A stretch of 64,000 nt of DNA from Takakia lepidozioides (taxonomy: Eukaryota; Plantae; Bryophyta), in contig CM060733.1 of NCBI GenBank assembly GCA_030704615.1, forward strand, positions 25,978,001 through 26,042,000. The letters are read 5' to 3'. How positions within the stretch are numbered: position 1 is the stretch's first letter; the number at the start of each line of letters is the position of its first letter. Below are positions 62,701-64,000 of this stretch, piece by piece. A program made the position numbers and the translations under genes. The notes under the pieces were generated by a model. The model was not told the DNA's origin. It ran no database searches and worked only from the letters and a program-made list of their open reading frames with translations.

Positions 62701-63735
62701 ATACACCATAATATGATTAATTATACATATAAATACGACTTAATACGATAATTAAAACTTGAGAGGGATATATAAAAACAGAAATAGGAATACAATTTTT
62801 GTACCATAAAAACAAAAAAAACAAAAAACAAAAAAAACATTGGAGAATGAAAGACATTGCACGAGATAATTATACAATGTCATGTTCTTATGAGGAAATT
62901 GTATCTATTCAATATTGCCTATCTATTCCGATGTGGACATGACCCACAAATATAATTTGTGCAAAAATTGACAAATATTAAGTATGTAATGTGCTTTATT
63001 GCAAAAGTGATCCAATGGCATATGACTGACTGAAGGAAGTTCAACTAAGCCGATCACATATGTTCCACCCTACCAACAATAACATCTTACCTTCTTAGGT
63101 ATTTTTCCTTGGAATTTGCAAGCAACCCATGTGATTTCGCTACCGGTATCCACATCCAAATGATAAACTTGAGGAGGGTCGCCAATCTCCAATTTTACAT
63201 AATATCCTGACAAAGAACTGACATGTTTCATCATAATTTACGTGAGTACTAATATAACGTCACATAACATATATTTTAAATTCAGAAAAAATATGAAAAT
63301 AACTATGCAATGTTTTAAATAATGACTCTTTGACGTACTCCAAAAAGATGATTATTGCTCGATTGTAACAATGTAATAATAGCCTAAATAAATTTTAGAA
63401 AAAATTTACCCATCCGTAGTCATAGCACGAGCTCCAATAAATGAGCCATAGAGGGGCCATTGAGGGACAGGCGATGGTCCCTGTTGCATGACATGCCTAT
63501 TATGATGTAGGGTTTCATTTTGCAATAGGCCCATGGAAATGTGATTTTCTTTTCTGTAATATAATTGAAGTAGAATTGACTGACGATGACGTGGGTCGGA
63601 ATAACTCATATAATTAAACAAACCATACAACATCAAGGTCAAAACTGAGATGATTATCAATAAGCTAGTGAGTCTGAGTTGGCGCAATCTGTAACGTAGT
63701 GACACCAACAAATTACAATGCTGTTGCTGGCCCAC
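56726..63735 (-). CDS. Nucellin/APCB1-like pepsin-family (A1) aspartic protease; exons approx. 63735?-63410, 63217-63091, 62620-62382, 61740-61465, 60563-60404, 60272-60175, ~57640-57458, 57135-57054, 56820-56726
   Basis: YYVKLEIGDPPQVYHLDVDTGSEITWVAC, CPYYIEYAD, AFGCGYNQ, DGILGL, GLCL..GYLFFG, second lobe MFDTGGELTY, PCW, EILPENY, CLDI..IG, HLIVFDNDLQRIGW..NC. The start codon and one internal splice junction are unresolved. Confidence 0.85.
60753..61365. mobile_element. MITE in an aspartic-protease intron (TA TSD, Tc1/mariner-type)
   Basis: TIR TACCATTGTTGTGC / GCACAACAATGGTA flanked by TA; internal TACCC/GGGTA subrepeats. Confidence 0.7.
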
Positions 63736-64000
63736 AAAGGTAATTGAATTGTTATTAATATATACCTCAATATATAAATAGACACAAAAGTCACATAGCT
63801 TTACTGAGAATGATATATATTCTTTCAGCTGTCATGATTAAACTAAGAAATAAATATTAGGATTTGTAATTGAAAATGTCTGCAGGTTTTAAGTGTTTTC
63901 ACGTATCTCTGACATTAACATCAGATTTTTTAGAGAATATCCACTTTGAAATCTTCATGATAAAGTTAAGATAATTATATACATTCATTATATACAAATC

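Overview
Eukaryotic land-plant DNA, probably a bryophyte or another non-seed plant (inferred from gene and transposon content). Two intron-containing host genes on the minus strand flank a ~45-kb block of nested transposons: an 18-exon CruP-type (At2g32640-like) FAD-dependent lycopene-cyclase-family gene (2473-11383) and a nucellin/APCB1-like A1 aspartic protease (56726-~63735). The block holds (i) pieces of two PIF/Harbinger elements, a foldback repeat, a MITE and a WD40 gene fragment; (ii) a non-chromovirus Ty3/Gypsy element with a long extra 3' ORF, whose ~14-kb middle (23207-37183) is inverted at breakpoints inside RT and inside the extra ORF, and which carries a nested 6.8-kb Mutator-like element full of palindromes and poly(A)-loop hairpins; and (iii) the standout, an 11.9-kb Ty3/Gypsy-type element (44263-56194). 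That element encodes gag-protease-C5 DNA methyltransferase-RT-RNaseH-DDE integrase-PHD finger. Instead of two LTRs it has split direct repeats (A...B-A-B), an internal palindromic att-like site (GACA-GC-TGTC), a 4-bp TSD, a PPT in front of the internal B repeat and an 18-nt self-complementary primer-binding site. Together these suggest self-primed reverse transcription and integrase-mediated insertion of a circular intermediate. All calls come from reading the sequence by eye; no database searches were run.
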